From contig CAVNZM010000010.1 in assembly GCA_963693365.1 (NCBI GenBank), forward strand, positions 5,953,794 to 6,017,793: a stretch of DNA of 64,000 bases. Direction: 5' to 3'. The notes beneath the pieces were generated by a model, which was given only the letters and a program-made list of their open reading frames with translations, was not told the origin of the DNA and did no database searches. How positions within the stretch are numbered: position 1 is the first letter of the stretch; each line of letters opens with the position of its first letter. Positions 11,803 to 64,000 of the stretch are shown here, piece after piece. Made by a program: the position numbers and the translations under genes. Source of the stretch: Amoebidium appalachense (Eukaryota; Protista; Ichthyosporea).

Positions 11803-12282
11803 TGTAAACAACTGTACACATGAACTGTACATGTTTACTAAAGAATGTGATGTACTAGCACACGATTCGTGCTTTGTCACGAATATCACATAAATATTAT
11901 GTCCGCACCAATAGGAATCAATCTTACCTAAGAAGTGAACCATATATGGTTCTACCGCTGCATACCACATAAACGAAGTGAACCAATAAGATGTTTGCAT
12001 AAATAGGACGAAGGTCTGACTGGCTCGGACCGCACCAGAATCACGAATGGCATGTTGCCACCCGCGCTGGCCGTGGATGAACCAATCCTGGGCCTTGATC
12101 CGAAACCTGGGGGCTATATAAGAAAGCCGTCCCAGTACGGGGATCACATCAGTGAAGTCTGAGACAGACTGAGTCCGCCCATACTAAAAGCAACCTGGCC
12201 GCGTGTACCTTTCTACCCGTTCTCTGTCTTTATTTTAATTCAGTTGTACTCTGCCTTATCCTAACCAGTCCAACTGTTTACA
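11803..12282 (+). mobile_element. Solo LTR of an LTR retrotransposon (480 bp)
   Basis: Begins TGTAAACA and ends TGTTTACA (TG...CA with an 8-bp terminal inverted repeat); perfect 5-bp TSD CCCTT at 11798-11802 and 12283-12287; TATA-like CTATATAAG near 12115 sets the orientation. Confidence 0.88.
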
Positions 12283-13449
12283 CCCTTGCGCCGGCGGTGA
12301 AGCAGACTGTCATGTGTGCGTGTGTGTGGGGGGTGGGGGGTCCGGGGGGATGGAAAGGGGGGATTAAATCTCTCGCGCTTTCATGTGACCACCCCATATC
12401 AATAGCCTTCCCCCCCCCCCCCCCCCCCCCCCCCCCCAACACACACACACAGACACACACACACACAGTGTCACACATTGAGTGATGAATCCCCCAGAAC
12501 CCGGACCCGAACCCCTCCACATCCACACACCGGGTAAGGCTCTGTGCACACATTTGATAATATTAGCACACACACCATATGCGACCATGTGTGGCCACCA
12601 CAATCCAGGCAAGCCTTAAATGTACTTCATACAGTACGAGCACAGCTACACACCCAGTCACACGTACAGTCACACACAGTTACACAAACAGTCCGCACAC
12701 GCACATGTATCTGATCTGATGGCACGGCCCGTAATATCCCCAAAATCTACTTAGGAATGTATGTAGTTAGGATATACACCTGTTGGCATTTACTATTTTA
12801 ATATTTGGGATTGTTCTATTGATTCTGAGCCGCAACAGCCAAAGCAATGAGTGAAGAACTCAACAAGTTTATCGGTTCGGCCCTAGTACTCATTCATGCC
12901 TACGTCATACATTCATTTACATCGCCTAGTCTGCTTTACGCTCTGAGAATCCGAATCGGTATCATACAACCATAAATTTTTGTAACAACCTAAACCTGAC
13001 AAATTCTAGTTCATTTTCAAAGACGTCACTTGGGCCTCGACTATCTTAACACATAGCCTAATCAGCCATTCACTCTCTCTATCGAATCACATAGTATGTG
13101 CGTACATTCTGTATCATGGGAGAAGTGCAAAGGCACCTGGCATTGAAAATCTGCAGGCTAATCATCCCCCCCCCCCCCCCCCCCCCCCTTCCCCCTTCCC
13201 TCCCTAGGCCCGCTCATGCATCAGGTAGAAATCCTAAACAAAAATTAGAGTCATGCCTTGCGACATACTCGCACACATGTACACACACATAGACACATAC
13301 ACACATCGATTCCGTCATTCGTTCTATCAAAAACGGGCTGGTGTAGTGCCAGCGTTTCACACGAAGGTAACATGATTCGAAAAGCCTCCCCCCCCCCCCC
13401 CCCCCCCCCCGGACTGGCACACACCGTGCACGAGAACACACACGCGCAT

Positions 13450-13592
<143 letters not shown>

Positions 13593-13785
13593 TGGCCGGG
13601 GAGCTTGCGCCCAAACTACCCACACATGCCACGTCATACGAGCCTCACATGCACAAGCACACCCACCAACCCACCCATCCACCCATCCACCCCACCCACC
13701 CACCCACCCACCACACACACAACACAAACATCCACTTGTTGTCGAAAACCAGAAATCAGCACGTATTAATTCCCCCCCCACATGC

Positions 13786-33991
<20,206 letters not shown>

Positions 33992-35871
33992 AGTGGAGAA
34001 AAGCAAAGGACATTTGGAGAACATAGACCTCAAGGTTTCCAATACTTGATTAATTCTGTTTGCTACAGCATATCCAAGTCAAATTTTGACAGTCTAATCG
34101 CTGGCTAACTTGCTGTGAGCTGCACAAGGTAGTGTTTTTTCGGTTGGTAGAATTTGGTGTCGTGTGTGAACCGTGGCACCGAGCTTCGATTAGATTTGGC
34201 TGAAAAAGGTGGAGTTTCGAATATGCTTACTTCCTCCCGACTATTCTTCATACAGCTAAAAGAGCAACTGGTTTCTTGCACATATGGCAAGACATTTACC
34301 TCACCAGCGTCCCACTCCATTTACTATTACGGTAACCCGGATACTGGTGGGAGATCTAGAGGTTTGTTGCACTTCGTTTGCGCAACACTTTCCCGCCATT
34401 TGTTTTTAGTGGGCCAATAGGGCGGATGCGGTGTGTGCAGGACAGCTGCCAACGGCAACGCATCACGTTGCTGTAGAGAAGCATTGAAAACCAAAAAACG
34501 TCATAAAACTTACAGCCTACAACTTACCGTAAATTTATTCTTTATTTTATGTTTTTTCTTTTATATTTTACAGTATAACTACATTTATTTACTAGTACAG
34601 TTACGCAGATGCTGATTGGATCTGATAAGAAAATACCGTGAGCCAGACCTCTTGATCTGATTGGCGGTCTCCCCACATATGCAGAGTCTCCCGCAACTTT
34701 CTATCTACACGGAATTTTACATATCCCGGGGATTTGAGTCTCGAGACCATATTCTCGTATGTATGTGACAGAGACTAAGGAATACGGCCAGACCAAGAAT
34801 TTGTGTGTTTTCTTGCACTTAGAAGCACTTGCGGGAAAAACTGCGGCTCTATGTGTTTTATAGAATTGTTCTGGGCGTGGCGGTGACCCAAAGGCTTGCT
34901 CCTGGATCCGGAATTGCAGAATAAATCCAGTCAAAGGCAGAAATAGCGAAGTTTAAATTTTTTTAATAAAAAAAGTCATTATAAAAAAATTTTCATCGTC
35001 ACGTAGGATATCTATATGATTTTCATACGGTCTCAGGCATCGTAGCATGCACTTGGTTAATTCGTTAAGTTTTTTTCCTTTCTTTCTTCCTACTTTGATT
35101 TATGCAATGCATATTTACACCTCTATCGGTGGTTTAGCGGTTAAATCCGCCGTTCGGGCCCCGACCCAGGTTTCGACATGTAGCTGACGGGAGGGTAGTA
35201 TTAGGAGATAAACGTATTTTGAAGTCGCAGAGATTTGATTGGTAAGTAGCAACCACATGGCAGGTGCAAAAAAAAGTAACCAGACGGTCCAGACCTTCAA
35301 TGACGTCAATCACAATTTGGTTACAATTTAAAGATACTCATTAGAACAACGCTCCATAAACACTTCTAAAAGCCGCTAATTTACGTTCATTTTTCTTCTC
35401 CGAATACGGGCTAGCCTAAAAACCTCTATTTTTCAAAATGCAGATTCGCATCTATGTGTTGCCTTTTTGCAGACTTTTAGAAACCGATTTGCATCGCTCA
35501 AAGTTGATGTCCATATATGACAACTATAAGCGTGTCTTGATTGGTCTACAAAGGACTCAGCAGTGACACACGGCGTTCAAAAAATATCCATCACACGAAA
35601 ACAGTCCAACAACTAGCCGGGCAGACAACAAAGCTCAGTTTTTTTGTCACGTTAATAGTTGACACTTGTAACTTGAAGTTGTAGACCGTGACAGGATTGT
35701 CTGTTTTTCCAACACTTACTTTGCTCTCTGACACATCTATACTTTTACGCCTCTGTGCACGGACTGTTTCGGCTTTGGTCGCACAGGAAGTGCGGATGTG
35801 CGCAGATCTGCAAATGTTCGTTGAATTCCCACAGTGAAGGTTGCACCGGCCATCTGGTGCCACAAACAGCC
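33992..35871. promoter_or_regulatory. Divergent (head-to-head) promoter region between TOP3A and VPS13
   Basis: 1.9 kb between the two start codons and free of microsatellites. E2F-type TTTCCCGC at 34389-34396, CCAAT at 34414, ATTGG near 34615, 34661, 35238 and 35540, and CRE palindrome TGACGTCA at 35301-35308. Confidence 0.65.

Positions 35872-64000
<28,129 letters not shown>

Overview
Eukaryotic genomic DNA with no prokaryotic features. The metazoan-like TOP3A tail and very high intron density suggest a unicellular opisthokont/holozoan, but that is inference. Reading splice sites by hand gives three protein-coding genes: (1) an intronless SH3/NPF/PxxP adaptor-like gene (minus, 3865-5523); (2) a complete 29-exon DNA topoisomerase III alpha (minus, 13786-33991, about 1,225 aa) with two GRF zinc fingers and four CCHC knuckles, three of them built from tandemly duplicated exons; (3) a divergently transcribed VPS13-family lipid-transfer gene (plus, 35872 to beyond the window end, 43 exons, about 1,700 aa so far) with an FFAT motif. 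The 7.9-12.3 kb interval holds mobile-element debris: a clean 480-bp solo LTR with a 5-bp TSD, a TIR-bounded element with ATATCC subterminal repeats interrupted by a polyA-tailed insertion, and a possible tyrosine-recombinase relic. The most unusual signal is intron architecture. About 24 of 42 VPS13 introns have a poly(C) tract just behind an often weak 5' splice site, many acceptors have (CA)n in place of a polypyrimidine tract, and some introns are bracketed by complementary (GT)n/G-run and C-run/(AC)n ends. Several 1-nt indels in G/C runs inside exons show that homopolymer lengths in this assembly are unreliable. Almost all ORFs in the supplied track are microsatellite artefacts.
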